This document shows positions 44,764 through 54,990 of a DNA stretch of 64,000 bases, piece after piece (the stretch's first letter is position 1; every line of letters begins with the position of its first letter). The translations under genes were made by a program, and so were the position numbers. The notes under the pieces were generated by a model. It was not told the origin of the DNA and searched no databases. It saw only the letters and a program-made list of their open reading frames with translations. Location: contig CAJKPX010000003.1 of NCBI GenBank assembly GCA_905201895.1, positions 19,840 through 83,839 of the forward strand, given 5' to 3'. This DNA comes from an uncultured Eubacteriales bacterium. GTDB taxonomy: Bacteria > Bacillota > Clostridia > Oscillospirales > CAG-272.

Positions 44764-45843
44764 TTCAGACTCGCCGTCGGTCGGGTTCTCAAAGAGCCTC
44801 ATCTGCTCGTCCTTGGTGGGGCGAGGCGCGTGATAAGGAATACCGAGGTGCTCGTATGCCATGCGGGTAACGCATCTGCCGCGCGGCGTGCGGTTGAGAA
44901 ACCCGATCTGCATCAGATAGGGCTCATACATATCCTCGAGCGTGATCGCTTCCTCGCCAACGGTTGCGGCAAGCGTTTCCAGACCCACGGGGCCTCCGTC
45001 ATAGAACTTGATGATGGTTTCCAGCATTCGTCTGTCCACGTTGTCGAGTCCCAGTCCGTCGATCTCCAAGCGATTGAGCGCGTAGTTTGCAATTTCGGAG
45101 TTGATCGCACCGTCGCCCTTGACCTGCGCAAAATCGCGCACGCGCTTGAGCAGACGGTTGGCGATACGCGGCGTTCCGCGTGATCTTCCGGCAATCTCAA
45201 TCGCGCCGTCGTCGGTGATCTCCATGCCGAGAATTCCCGCATTGCGGCGCACAATGGTGGCAAGCTCCTCGGGGGTGTAGAGCTCGAGCTTGAGGATCAC
45301 ACCAAAGCGGTCGCGCAGAGGCGTTGTCATCTGTCCCGCGCGCGTGGTGGCACCGATCAGGGTAAAGCGCGGCAGATCAATGCGGATACTGCGCGCAGCA
45401 GGTCCTTTTCCAATGATGATGTCGATTGCATAGTCCTCCATAGCAGGGTAGAGAATTTCCTCTACCGAGCGAGAGAGACGGTGAATCTCGTCGATGAAAA
45501 GAACGTCGCCCTCGTTGAGGTTTGTGAGGATGGCGGCAAGGTCGCCCTGCTTTTCGATTGCAGGTCCCGACGTGATGCGAATATTGACGCCCATTTCGGC
45601 GGCAATGATATTGGAAAGCGTTGTTTTACCGAGTCCGGGAGGGCCGTAAAGCAGCACGTGATCGAGCGGATCGTTGCGCTGTTTTGCCGCCTCGATATAA
45701 ATCTTGAGGTTTTCCTTAACCTTTTCCTGACCGATATATTCATCCAGACGCTTGGGGCGCAGGGAAACATCCACGTCGGAGTCCTCTGCGTTGTAGCCCG
45801 TGTTCATGATTCGGTTTTCAAAATCAAAATCGTTGGTATCCAT
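44761..45843 (-). CDS. ruvB: Holliday junction branch migration helicase RuvB
   Basis: [21 protein letters not shown] and the [11 protein letters not shown] motif. Confidence 0.95.
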   Translation of the reverse strand: MDTNDFDFENRIMNTGYNAEDSDVDVSLRPKRLDEYIGQEKVKENLKIYIEAAKQRNDPLDHVLLYGPPGLGKTTLSNIIAAEMGVNIRITSGPAIEKQGDLAAILTNLNEGDVLFIDEIHRLSRSVEEILYPAMEDYAIDIIIGKGPAARSIRIDLPRFTLIGATTRAGQMTTPLRDRFGVILKLELYTPEELATIVRRNAGILGMEITDDGAIEIAGRSRGTPRIANRLLKRVRDFAQVKGDGAINSEIANYALNRLEIDGLGLDNVDRRMLETIIKFYDGGPVGLETLAATVGEEAITLEDMYEPYLMQIGFLNRTPRGRCVTRMAYEHLGIPYHAPRPTKDEQMRLFENPTDGESE

Positions 45844-45868
45844 TTTGAGTCCTTTCTATGGGAGTCTC

Positions 45869-46501
45869 TCAGAATTTCATCAGTTTTTTCAGGGCAAGAC
45901 GAATGATCTCCTCAAGCTCGCCCGCATCGGTGTTGAGGTCCTTGAGGGCATTGAGCGCCTCGGCACGCGAATATCCGAGCACGAGAAGCGCGTCGGTTGC
46001 TTCGGAGAGCACACCGCGCTTGCCGCCTGCCGCAGGAGCAGCAGATGCTTCCGCAAGCGATTGCATGTCCTCGCCTGCATGCTCCTTCATCAGCTTGTCC
46101 TTGAGCTCAAGAATCACTCTTGCTGCAGTTTTTGGACCAATTCCGTTCGCCTTTGCAATCGTTTTCTTATCCTCGGTGCAAACGGCGAGCGCAAACTTTT
46201 CGGGCGTGAGGAGCGAGAGGATCGACATTGCCGCCTTGGGACCAACTCCCGAAACCGAAATCAGGAGCTTGAAGGAGGAGAGCTCGGTTTCATTTGCAAA
46301 GCCGAAAAGCTCGATTCCGTCCTCGCGCACCGCCATATAGGTGTAGAGCTTCACCATGGGAGGCTCCTTGACAGAGCGGTTGGGGGGCATAGCATCATAG
46401 GTTGTCTGGCTGATCGTGAGCTTATAGCCAACGCCGGCGGCGTCGATCACGGCAACGCCTGCCTCCAGGTGTGCGAGCCGTCCGCTGATATAGTAAAACA
46501 T
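45869..46501 (-). CDS. ruvA: Holliday junction DNA-binding protein RuvA
   Basis: MFYYISGRLAHLEAGVAVIDAAGVGYKLTIS, with HhH segments ISVSGVGPKAAMSIL and ANGIGPKTAARVILEL. Confidence 0.92.
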   Translation of the reverse strand: MFYYISGRLAHLEAGVAVIDAAGVGYKLTISQTTYDAMPPNRSVKEPPMVKLYTYMAVREDGIELFGFANETELSSFKLLISVSGVGPKAAMSILSLLTPEKFALAVCTEDKKTIAKANGIGPKTAARVILELKDKLMKEHAGEDMQSLAEASAAPAAGGKRGVLSEATDALLVLGYSRAEALNALKDLNTDAGELEEIIRLALKKLMKF

Positions 46502-46524
46502 GTCTGTATCTTCCTTTCGGGGGA

Positions 46525-49500
46525 TTATTCTGGTGTATCGGTTTTATCCTCTGTGGAACGGTCGGGCTCGGCTTCGTCCGGCTCTTCGTCGCCGATTTCA
46601 TCCGGGAGCGTTTCTGCCGTGTCGGTTGGTTCGACCTCCTCTGCGTCAGCGTCTCCCTCGGTGTTGCTTTCAATCGCAGCTTTTGCGTTTTCTTCAGCAA
46701 CGTCAAAAACCGATCTGGGAGGCACGGGGATCGAAACGATCGCACGAAGGAAGGGGCGTTTCTTCATTTGCTTTTCAAAAATCAGCAGCAGAAGGAGCAC
46801 AGCAAGTGAGCACAGGCTGACCGTCAGTCCGATCGGGAAAGTGTTGGGCGCATAGACCATCTCCACAGTGTGCGTCTCACCTGCATCACCATTGATATAG
46901 AAGGAGACGAGCGAGCCAAGTGCCTTAACCGTTTCCACCTGCTCACCGTCCACATAAACCTTCCAGCCCTTGTCATATGCAATCGTGCTCATCACGAGCT
47001 CGTGCTCACGCGATGCGGTAAAGGTGCCCTTGAAGGAGGTGTCGGTGTATTCGGTAATCTGATACTGATCCTGAGCCAAGCGTGCCATTGCATCCTCAAA
47101 AACTGCCCAGTCGATATAGTAGAAGCAATATTCACCGATCATGGGATAGAACGAGGTTGTGGTAAGCTTCATACTAAGCGAAATCAGATCCCGCTCGTTA
47201 TACATCCCGAGAGAGATGATTCGAGAGGTTTCACCACCGTGGAAGGTGCCCTTGGAAATGGCGCTGCTTCCGTTCTCCGAGAGCGAGAGCTTGACCTCTC
47301 TGGGATAATCGGAGGGCATATAGAAGAATAACTCGGCATCGGTGGGCATTTCAACCATGTAGGTCAGTGAGCCTTCGGCGTTCTCATTCTGAAGCGAGTA
47401 TTTATAGTGACCGACAACATAGTCCCTTTCGAGATTTGAGGTTTCCTCACTTTCAATGCGAATCGGAACGAAGATTTCTACGGGGCGGTCCTCACCGAGC
47501 ATTGCGGTTACAATCGCGTTCAGACGCTCGAAGGGAGAATCGTATTTGTCCTCATATTCAGCGGTGTTGATCGTTTCGTCGATGTCAAGCAGCGAATTGA
47601 TCGCACCTTTTACCGCAGCGATTGCATCTGCCATTGCGCTGGATTCCTTTTTCTCGTCGGTGGGATCCTCAATCAGCGGAACGAAGCCGAGCGGAAAATC
47701 GAGCAGATCCTCGTCAACGCCGTAGGCAATCGAGAGGGCGTAGGGGTTGTAGTACGCGGTGTAGCCGTTTGCAGTGTCGGTCTTGTAGACCTCGTAATAG
47801 TTGGAGTAGATCGGATCGGCGGAAACGATATATTTCAAGCCGAGTAGCGAATCGTTGACGGGCGTTCCGCCGAGATATTTCGACCAATGCGATTTCGAGG
47901 CGTAGCCCATCTTGTTAAGGAATTGAATGGTCTCCTTGTTGAGCGTGGAGGTCGAGCCTGAAAGTCCGTGCATATTGAGTGCCATGTTATCGTTGGTCTT
48001 ACGGAAGAAGGTCTTTTCCATGCGATAGAAGGAGGGATCCGAAGCCTGCACCTCCTCCACAATCGGACGCGCCTTGGCAAGAAACTCATTGTAGCGATCG
48101 TAGGTCGAATAGGTGACGTCATCATCAAGCGCGTTCATATTCCAAAGACCATTGAGGAACACCTCCAGGCAAACCACCGCAACGAGCAGAATCGAGATTC
48201 CTCTCTTGCTTGTGGATATACGCAGAATACCGAGAAAGGTAATATAAACAAGCACCATAATGATGGTGAACCAGATGCAGGTGTAATCGTCGGGTTTGAC
48301 GTATTTGTTGTCGGTGTATTTCTGCAGAACCGCACAAACGATGGCGATCAGGCCGCCTGTGCCCATCACAACCTTGAGCGACACGGTTTCAAATTCTGCA
48401 AAGGCACGGCATGCCAGCACGCAGAGATAGAAGCAGAGCATGAAGCTATAACGGTAGTTGAGCCAGTTGGGATTCTGGAATGCATGCCAGATCAGGTCAA
48501 GAACGCTGATCGAGAAGCTTGCAACGAAGAACAGGATAAAGAGAACCGAGATTACCTTTTGGCGGAAGGGATATTTCTTGGAGAGGAAATAGGAGGGAAC
48601 GAGCAGTAGCGTGAGAACACCGCAATAAACGAAGGGATAGCCTTCGGGGCGAACGGTATCGTAGGATCCCGGGAGGAACTTATAGAGCAGGTCGAGAAGA
48701 TCAACCTTGATCGTCCATTGCCATTTTGGGGTGGAGAAGGTCGTTTTACCGAAATTCAGTGCATAATAGGCACCAAGCAGGATGACTGCTGCGATCCCGA
48801 GCGCGATCACCGAATAAAAGGCGATGCGGAACAGCGACTTGATAAAGTGTGCGCTTTCACGGTAGGGATTATTGCGATCCTTTTCATTGTGAGCGATATA
48901 GTAAAGGAAAAAGTATACGAAGGTGTAGATGCACACCATGAAGCCGATATAGAAGTTGCTGAAAAGCGTGAGTGCCAGGAAGATGGTATACATCTTGTAT
49001 TTGCCGTATTTAATCAGCTGCTCGATGCCCAGCGTGATCAGCGGCAGCCACATCACCGCGTCGATCCACATGGTGTTGTGCTGCTGAACCACCGCATAGC
49101 TGGTCAGGGCATAAAAGGTTGCAAACATCACAACCGCCAGAGGTCTCGGATTTTTCAGCGTGCGGTGCATATAGTAGCCAAAGGTTCCGCCCGTGATCGC
49201 GGTCTTGAGCAAAAAGATAGTCAGGAGTGCCTCAAGCATGCGATCCTCGGGGAACAGGCAAACGATATAGGAGAGCGGGCTTGCAATGTAGTAGGCGTAG
49301 ATGCCGAGGAACTCGCCTCCGAGTGCGCGACAGAAGGAGTAGAGCAGGCTCGCATCGCCGTAAACGCATTTACGCAACGCTTCAAAGAACCAAACGTATT
49401 GTGCGTTGAGGTCCAGCACCAGAACGCTGGCGTTTCCAAAGGGATGGATGCCTCTCGTCAGATAGATCAGGTACATCAGCACCGTTGGAATCAGCATGCA

Positions 49501-49617
49501 AAGGATGAGATAACGGTGCTCGACCCAAAAGCGTTTTTTTCGATTGGGATCGGGCAGAAGCGCCGCACTTTGCTCGGTGGAGTGGGTGGTGATTGGTTGA
49601 TTTTCGATAATCCGCAT
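46525..49617 (-). CDS. yfhO: YfhO family polytopic membrane protein (putative glycosyltransferase) with acidic C-terminal tail
   Basis: 1030 aa with about 14 N-terminal TM helices, a large extracytoplasmic domain, a terminal TM and the tail EGDADAEEVEPTDTAETLPDEIGDEEPDEAEPDRSTEDKTDTPE. The family call is from overall architecture and memory. Confidence 0.7.
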   Translation of the reverse strand: MRIIENQPITTHSTEQSAALLPDPNRKKRFWVEHRYLILCMLIPTVLMYLIYLTRGIHPFGNASVLVLDLNAQYVWFFEALRKCVYGDASLLYSFCRALGGEFLGIYAYYIASPLSYIVCLFPEDRMLEALLTIFLLKTAITGGTFGYYMHRTLKNPRPLAVVMFATFYALTSYAVVQQHNTMWIDAVMWLPLITLGIEQLIKYGKYKMYTIFLALTLFSNFYIGFMVCIYTFVYFFLYYIAHNEKDRNNPYRESAHFIKSLFRIAFYSVIALGIAAVILLGAYYALNFGKTTFSTPKWQWTIKVDLLDLLYKFLPGSYDTVRPEGYPFVYCGVLTLLLVPSYFLSKKYPFRQKVISVLFILFFVASFSISVLDLIWHAFQNPNWLNYRYSFMLCFYLCVLACRAFAEFETVSLKVVMGTGGLIAIVCAVLQKYTDNKYVKPDDYTCIWFTIIMVLVYITFLGILRISTSKRGISILLVAVVCLEVFLNGLWNMNALDDDVTYSTYDRYNEFLAKARPIVEEVQASDPSFYRMEKTFFRKTNDNMALNMHGLSGSTSTLNKETIQFLNKMGYASKSHWSKYLGGTPVNDSLLGLKYIVSADPIYSNYYEVYKTDTANGYTAYYNPYALSIAYGVDEDLLDFPLGFVPLIEDPTDEKKESSAMADAIAAVKGAINSLLDIDETINTAEYEDKYDSPFERLNAIVTAMLGEDRPVEIFVPIRIESEETSNLERDYVVGHYKYSLQNENAEGSLTYMVEMPTDAELFFYMPSDYPREVKLSLSENGSSAISKGTFHGGETSRIISLGMYNERDLISLSMKLTTTSFYPMIGEYCFYYIDWAVFEDAMARLAQDQYQITEYTDTSFKGTFTASREHELVMSTIAYDKGWKVYVDGEQVETVKALGSLVSFYINGDAGETHTVEMVYAPNTFPIGLTVSLCSLAVLLLLLIFEKQMKKRPFLRAIVSIPVPPRSVFDVAEENAKAAIESNTEGDADAEEVEPTDTAETLPDEIGDEEPDEAEPDRSTEDKTDTPE

Positions 49618-49620
49618 GGT

Positions 49621-49842
49621 TCAGTTTGATCCTTTCTTATTTTCAAGGGCTTCCGTTTCGGTCAAATTACGCCGAATCGACTTTTCCAGCTTTACACGGT
49701 CAAGCGTCATATCTCTACCGCAGGCTTCGCATTTGATCCTAACCTCGCTTCCGACGCGAACGATCAAAAAGACGTTTCCGCCGCAGGGATGCTGCTTTTT
49801 CATTTGCACTCGGTCGCCCGGATGCAGAGGTATGATTTGCAT
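49621..49842 (-). CDS. DUF951 family small protein
   Basis: MQIIPLHPGDRVQMKKQHPCGGNVFLIVRVGSEVRIKCEACGRDMTLDRVKLEKSI. RBS GGGAGGA. Confidence 0.75.
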   Translation of the reverse strand: MQIIPLHPGDRVQMKKQHPCGGNVFLIVRVGSEVRIKCEACGRDMTLDRVKLEKSIRRNLTETEALENKKGSN

Positions 49843-49918
49843 ATGCGTTTCCTCCCGATTGTCATTGATTGCGGTGCCGTTTGGGCAAATCTTGCCCGAA
49901 TAACACTATGATAAAGAT

Positions 49919-49947
49919 ATTATAACATAAAAAAAGGATTCTGTAAA
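49919..49947 (-). promoter_or_regulatory. promoter TTTACA-17-TATAAT with TG extension for DUF951-yfhO-ruvAB
   Basis: On the minus strand, TGTTATAAT at 49927-49919 and TTTACA at 49947-49942. Confidence 0.6.
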
Positions 49948-49997
49948 CCGAAAATCTGTATTTTTACACGGATTTTTCCAAAAAATAAAAGAATCGT

Positions 49998-50026
49998 TTG
50001 ACAAAGGACGGATTTGGTGGTATAAT
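49998..50026 (+). promoter_or_regulatory. promoter TTGACA-17-TATAAT with TG extension for ruvC
   Basis: TTGACA at 49998-50003, a spacer ending in TGG, and TATAAT at 50021-26. Confidence 0.75.
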
Positions 50027-50102
50027 TCATGGTGGGGAATTTTGTAAAAAAGACGCTTTTGCGTTGCTTGCAAAATTCAAACGCTTGAAAAAGGAGTTCA
50101 CC

Positions 50103-50600
50103 ATGATCATTCTTGGGATCGACCCCGGGCTTGCAATCGTTGGTTGGGGGGTAATTGAATATCGGAATTCCAAGTTTCGCACCGTTGCTTACGGCTCGAT
50201 CCAAACGCCCGCGGGCATGCGAACCGAGGAGCGACTGTCGGCAATTTTTGACGGCATGAACGAGCTGATCGAGAAATACCGTCCCGATGCAATGGCCGTG
50301 GAGGAGCTTTTTTTCAACACGAACGTTACAACGGGTATCCGGGTTGCCGAGGCAAGAGGCGTGATTCTGCTTGCCGCAGAGCGTGCGGGAATTCCAATGC
50401 AGGAATACACGCCCATGCAGGTTAAACAGGCTGTCACGGGCTACGGCAAGGCGGAAAAGCGACAGGTGATTACGATGGTGACCATGCTGCTATCGCTCCA
50501 GAAGCCCCCAAAACCGGACGATACGGCAGACGCACTTGCGATCGCAATCTGCCATGCGCACAGCGGCGGTTCACGCCTGGCACAATACTACAATCATTGA
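50103..50600 (+). CDS. ruvC: crossover junction endodeoxyribonuclease RuvC
   Basis: ILGIDPGLAIVGWGVI and DDTADALAIAICHA. ATG 50103 follows AAGGAG. The longer ORF-track start overlaps the promoter. Confidence 0.92.
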   Translation: MIILGIDPGLAIVGWGVIEYRNSKFRTVAYGSIQTPAGMRTEERLSAIFDGMNELIEKYRPDAMAVEELFFNTNVTTGIRVAEARGVILLAAERAGIPMQEYTPMQVKQAVTGYGKAEKRQVITMVTMLLSLQKPPKPDDTADALAIAICHAHSGGSRLAQYYNH

Positions 50601-50620
50601 CACGAAAGGGAATACAAACG

Positions 50621-51490
50621 ATGTGGTTTTCTGAAAATTGGAAGGACTACGAGCTCCTTGACACCTCCGACGGCGAACGCCTGGAGCGCTGGGGAAAATA
50701 TATTCTCATCCGACCCGACCCGCAGATCATCTGGAAGGGAGCAGCAACGCATCCCGCATGGAAGCGCGCCGACGCGATTTATCGCCGTTCGAATTCGGGG
50801 GGCGGCAGTTGGGTGAAGAACAAGCTTCCCGAGTCTTGGAATATTTCCTATGGAGACCTCGGCTTCGTGCTCCGTCCCATGGGCTTTAAGCACACGGGGC
50901 TTTTCCCCGAGCAGGCAGCGAATTGGGATTGGTTTTCGGACCTGATCCGTCGGGCAGACCGCCCTATCAAGGTCCTCAATCTCTTTGCTTATACGGGCGG
51001 TGCTACCGTTGCGGCGGCAAAGGCAGGCGCCTCTGTGGTCCACGTTGACGCCTCCAAGGGGATTGTGGCACAGGCGAAGGAAAACGCGGCGCTTTCGGGT
51101 CTCTCAACGGCACCGATCCGCTATATCGTGGATGATTGTAAAAAATTTGTTGAGCGCGAGATCCGTCGCGGAAACACCTATGACGGCATCATTATGGACC
51201 CGCCCTCCTACGGCAGAGGACCCGGAGGCGAGGTGTGGAAACTTGAGGACAGCATCGACGAGCTGATCACGCTCACCTCGCGTCTGCTCTCCGATCGCCC
51301 CCTCTTTTTCCTGGTCAATTCCTATACAACGGGACTCTCTCCGCTCACCATGAGCTATCTGCTTTCCCTGAAGGTGCAAAAGCGCTTCGGCGGCTCGATC
51401 GAATCGGGAGAGCTCGGACTCCGCGTAACCTCAACAGGCGCATTTCTGCCGTGCGGCGCGAGCTCAAGATGGTATTTTGACGAAAAATAA
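50621..51490 (+). CDS. class I SAM-dependent (rRNA-type, RlmI/RlmK-C-like) methyltransferase
   Basis: VLNLFAYTGGATVAAA (motif I) and IIMDPPSYG (motif IV). ATG 50621 lies 9 nt after GAAAGGG. Confidence 0.75.
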   Translation: MWFSENWKDYELLDTSDGERLERWGKYILIRPDPQIIWKGAATHPAWKRADAIYRRSNSGGGSWVKNKLPESWNISYGDLGFVLRPMGFKHTGLFPEQAANWDWFSDLIRRADRPIKVLNLFAYTGGATVAAAKAGASVVHVDASKGIVAQAKENAALSGLSTAPIRYIVDDCKKFVEREIRRGNTYDGIIMDPPSYGRGPGGEVWKLEDSIDELITLTSRLLSDRPLFFLVNSYTTGLSPLTMSYLLSLKVQKRFGGSIESGELGLRVTSTGAFLPCGASSRWYFDEK

Positions 51491-51507
51491 CGAAAGGACG
51501 CACAGTT

Positions 51508-52359
51508 TTGTCTGAAGTATTTATTCACACGGAGGACCTGTCTTATTCCTACCGCGACAGCGAGCATCCCGCGCTCCGTGGGGTCTCGGTGGATATCCGA
51601 CGCGGAGAATACGTTGCGGTTCTCGGTCACAACGGGTCGGGAAAATCGACCTTTGCAAAGCTGCTCAATCTTCTGCTTGAGCCCACGTCGGGAAGGCTTG
51701 TTGTCAACGGCGTTGACCTGACTGCGGGAGAGCTTGACGAGGAAACGGTGCTGCAATTACGCCGAAACGTCGGCATGGTCTTTCAGAATCCCGATAACCA
51801 GCTCGTTGCAACGATCGTGGAGGAGGACGTTGCCTTCGGCCCTGAAAATCTCGGAATTCCGCAGCCCGAGCTGCGCATGCGCGTGGACGAGGCGATTGCC
51901 TCGGTTGGAATGACGGCTTACGCGCAGCACGAGCCGCACCTGCTCTCGGGAGGGCAGAAGCAGCGCGTTGCAATCGCAGGCGTGATCGCCATGATGCCAA
52001 AATGCATTATTTTCGACGAATCCACCGCAATGCTCGATCCGATCGGACGACGCGAGGTGCTTGACACGATCGCAATGCTAAACCGTGAGTTCGGTATCAC
52101 GGTGCTCAATATCACGCACTATATGAACGAGGCGGCAATGGCACAACGCGTGATCGTGATCAATGACGGCGAGCTTCTGCTTGACGGAACGCCCGACGAA
52201 GTGTTTGCAAAGCGAGAGCTTCTGCAAAGCGTTGGTCTTGAGGTGCCGCAGTGCACCGCACTGATCCACGAACTGCGCGCACGCGGGATCAAGCTCGATG
52301 GAGATCGGATTTCCACGCCAGAGGGCTGTGCCGAGCTTCTGGCACGGGCGCTGCAGTAA
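51508..52359 (+). CDS. ecfA1: energy-coupling factor transporter ATPase EcfA1
   Basis: VLGHNGSGKST, LSGGQKQRVAIAG and IIFDESTAMLD. TTG start 9 nt after AAAGGA. Confidence 0.9.
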   Translation: MSEVFIHTEDLSYSYRDSEHPALRGVSVDIRRGEYVAVLGHNGSGKSTFAKLLNLLLEPTSGRLVVNGVDLTAGELDEETVLQLRRNVGMVFQNPDNQLVATIVEEDVAFGPENLGIPQPELRMRVDEAIASVGMTAYAQHEPHLLSGGQKQRVAIAGVIAMMPKCIIFDESTAMLDPIGRREVLDTIAMLNREFGITVLNITHYMNEAAMAQRVIVINDGELLLDGTPDEVFAKRELLQSVGLEVPQCTALIHELRARGIKLDGDRISTPEGCAELLARALQ

Positions 52360-52405
52360 AATAAACCGCCGTCGGTCTCGCTGACCGCGGCAGATGAGGA
52401 TGAAC

Positions 52406-53368
52406 ATGGATAAGATTTATCTGGACCACGTTAATTATATATACAGTCCGGGAACGCCCTTTGAGCATGCGGCGCTCAAGGATATCAATTTGGGTATCCG
52501 CGCAGGCTGTATTACGGGAATCATCGGGCACACGGGCTCGGGAAAGTCCACGATGATGCAGATGCTCAACGGATTGACTGCTCCCACCTCAGGCAAGATT
52601 TATCTTGACGGCTATGACATCAATGCTACGCCCGCAGATGTAACCGAGGAGTGGCTCAAGCTTCCCGAATATGCAAATTTATCGAAAAGTGCTGCAAAAA
52701 AAGCAATTCGTGAGGAGATCAAGCACCGCCGTCGCAATCTTTGCTTTCGCGTGGGACTCGTGATGCAATACCCCGAATATCAGCTCTTTGAGGAAACGGT
52801 TTACCGCGATATCGCCTTCGGTCCGACCAACATGGGGCTCTCCGAGGCGGAGATTCGCGAGCGAGTGCGTGAGGCATCTGCCTTTACCGATCTTTCGGAG
52901 GAGCTTTGGGAAAAGTCGCCGTTCGATCTCTCTGGCGGACAGAAGCGTCGCGTAGCTCTCGCAGGTGTGATCGCGATGCGCCCCGAGGTGCTCGTTCTCG
53001 ACGAGCCCGCCGCAGGTCTTGATCCGCGCGGCAGAGATTACATTTTCGACGGCATTTCTGCTTTTCAGAAAAAAACGGGATGCACGGTGCTTATTGTCAG
53101 CCATAGCATGGAGGATATGGCACGCTACTGCGATGACGTTGTTGTGATGGAGGATGCACGCGTTTTGATGAGCGGAGACTGCAAGGAGGTCTTTTCACAG
53201 ATCGGCAAGCTCTCCGACGTTGGTCTGGATATTCCGCAGATCACCCATCTGATGCGTCTTTTGCGTGAACGCGGTATCCCCGTTTCGGAGGATATTTACA
53301 CGGTTGACCGTGCAATCGACGCCATCCTTGCGCTGCTGGACGCCAAGAGGGGAGGGCAAGGAGAATGA
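52406..53368 (+). CDS. ecfA2: energy-coupling factor transporter ATPase EcfA2 (with ~30-aa insertion)
   Basis: IIGHTGSGKST, LSGGQKRRVALAG and LVLDEPAAGLD. ATG 52406 lies 5 nt after GAGGA. Confidence 0.9.
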   Translation: MDKIYLDHVNYIYSPGTPFEHAALKDINLGIRAGCITGIIGHTGSGKSTMMQMLNGLTAPTSGKIYLDGYDINATPADVTEEWLKLPEYANLSKSAAKKAIREEIKHRRRNLCFRVGLVMQYPEYQLFEETVYRDIAFGPTNMGLSEAEIRERVREASAFTDLSEELWEKSPFDLSGGQKRRVALAGVIAMRPEVLVLDEPAAGLDPRGRDYIFDGISAFQKKTGCTVLIVSHSMEDMARYCDDVVVMEDARVLMSGDCKEVFSQIGKLSDVGLDIPQITHLMRLLRERGIPVSEDIYTVDRAIDAILALLDAKRGGQGE

Positions 53369-54186
53369 AGGGATTTTCTTTCGGTCAGTTCTATCCCGTG
53401 GATTCGCCGATCCACCGCCTCGATCCACGTGCCAAGGTAATTCTTACCGTGCTTTATATCGTATGCACGTTTCTGTGCAAAAGCCTGCTTTCCTTCGTTG
53501 CATTGCTGGCCTCGGCAATTCTTCTGATTCTTTTGAGCCGCATTCCCATCAAGATCGTGGTACGCTCGATGCGCCCGATCCTGTTTGTCATTTTGATTAC
53601 GTCGGTATTCAATCTGTTCGGCACCAAGGGTGAGCATCTGCTCACGCCCGAGGGATGGTGGATCAGCATTTACGAGGAAGGCATCTGGAACGCATGCTTC
53701 ATGGTTCTGCGCATTGCTGTCCTGATCATCGGAACGGGCTTGTTTCTGACCTACACCACCACACCGATCGCGCTGACCGATGCGCTGGAGCGTCTCTTTT
53801 CTCCTCTGAAGATGCTGCATCTGCCCGTGCATGATTTTGCGATGATCATGACCATCGCCCTGCGGTTTATTCCCACCTTCTCGGCAGAAACCGAGCGCAT
53901 TATGAATGCACAGAAGGCGCGCGGAGCCGATTTCACCAGCGGCAGCCTGCTCAAGCGCGCAAAGGCACTCATTCCGATCCTGATCCCACTCTTTGTGTCT
54001 GCCTTTAATCGCGCTTTTGACCTTGCGTCTGCAATGGAGTGCCGTTGCTATCACGGAGGCGAGGGACGCACGCGCCTGAAGGTCCTACGCTACCGTCCAA
54101 GCGATTTCGTTTGGATACTTCTGACGGTTGCTTTTGGAGTCGGCTTGTTCTTTTTGAACCGCATTGGACTCGGTTACGTGATGTGA
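53365..54186 (+). CDS. ecfT: energy-coupling factor transporter transmembrane protein EcfT
   Basis: SPIHRLDPRAKV start and the NAQKARGADF coupling motif. ATGA overlap with ecfA2. Confidence 0.9.
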   Translation: MKGFSFGQFYPVDSPIHRLDPRAKVILTVLYIVCTFLCKSLLSFVALLASAILLILLSRIPIKIVVRSMRPILFVILITSVFNLFGTKGEHLLTPEGWWISIYEEGIWNACFMVLRIAVLIIGTGLFLTYTTTPIALTDALERLFSPLKMLHLPVHDFAMIMTIALRFIPTFSAETERIMNAQKARGADFTSGSLLKRAKALIPILIPLFVSAFNRAFDLASAMECRCYHGGEGRTRLKVLRYRPSDFVWILLTVAFGVGLFFLNRIGLGYVM

Positions 54187-54198
54187 GGAAAAAACGGA

Positions 54199-54960
54199 AT
54201 GAAGCTTCTTATCAAAATCAGTTATCTTGGCACCGCGTATTGCGGATATCAGGTACAACCAAACGGCATCAGCATTCAGCAAAGACTCAACGAGGCGGCA
54301 GAGGCGCTTTTCGGGTATCCCTGCGATATCGTTGGGTGCAGTCGCACCGATAGCGGCGTACATGCCAACGAATTTTGCGCAACGGTTGCAAAAAAAGCCA
54401 CCGATGTGCTCGAGAGCACGATTCCGACGCAACGCATTCCGCTCGCGTTTTCTGCCTATCTTCCGCCCGATATCTGCGTATTCGATGCAAAATGGGTAGA
54501 CGGCAGCTTCCATGCACGCTACGACGTTGTGGAAAAGGAATATATTTACCGTATTTATAATCGTGCGGTGAGAAGTCCCTTTGAGGAGGGGCGCTCTGCG
54601 CACGTACCGCGACGTTTGGACGATGCAGCGATCACACGCATGAACGATGCTGCAAAAACGCTCTGCGGAAGGCACGATTTTGCGGCATATATGGCGCAGG
54701 GCTCGTCGGTGACGAGCACGGTGCGCACGATCCGTGCGGCGGAGGTCACCCGTGAGGGAGACTGCGTTGTGTTTCGCGTGTCTGCCGACGGATTTCTCTA
54801 CAATATGGTTCGCATTCTTGCGGGCACGCTGCTCCTGGTTGGGCAGGGAAAGCTCTCCGCATCAGACGTGGAGCGCATTACCGAAAGCCGTGACCGCAGC
54901 TTGGCAGGCTCCACCATGCCTGCGTGTGGGCTTTATCTCAACCGAGTTATATACCCTTGA
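54199..54960 (+). CDS. truA: tRNA pseudouridine(38-40) synthase TruA
   Basis: CSRTDSGVHAN catalytic Asp motif, in the usual position after ecfT. Confidence 0.92.
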   Translation: MKLLIKISYLGTAYCGYQVQPNGISIQQRLNEAAEALFGYPCDIVGCSRTDSGVHANEFCATVAKKATDVLESTIPTQRIPLAFSAYLPPDICVFDAKWVDGSFHARYDVVEKEYIYRIYNRAVRSPFEEGRSAHVPRRLDDAAITRMNDAAKTLCGRHDFAAYMAQGSSVTSTVRTIRAAEVTREGDCVVFRVSADGFLYNMVRILAGTLLLVGQGKLSASDVERITESRDRSLAGSTMPACGLYLNRVIYP

Positions 54961-54990
54961 GAATAAAAAAAGAAAGGAGGGGGTCAGAAC

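Noticed and set aside
45800-46855. 351-aa plus-strand ORF across ruvA and the yfhO 3' end. Similar long shadows occur at 5854-6813, 19381-20307, 21203-22105, 33314-34045, 42677-43513, 48718-49629, 53296-54054, 56097-56969 and 63096-63836.
   Set aside because: All are antisense to genes with strong family signatures. None has an RBS, a promoter or recognisable domains.
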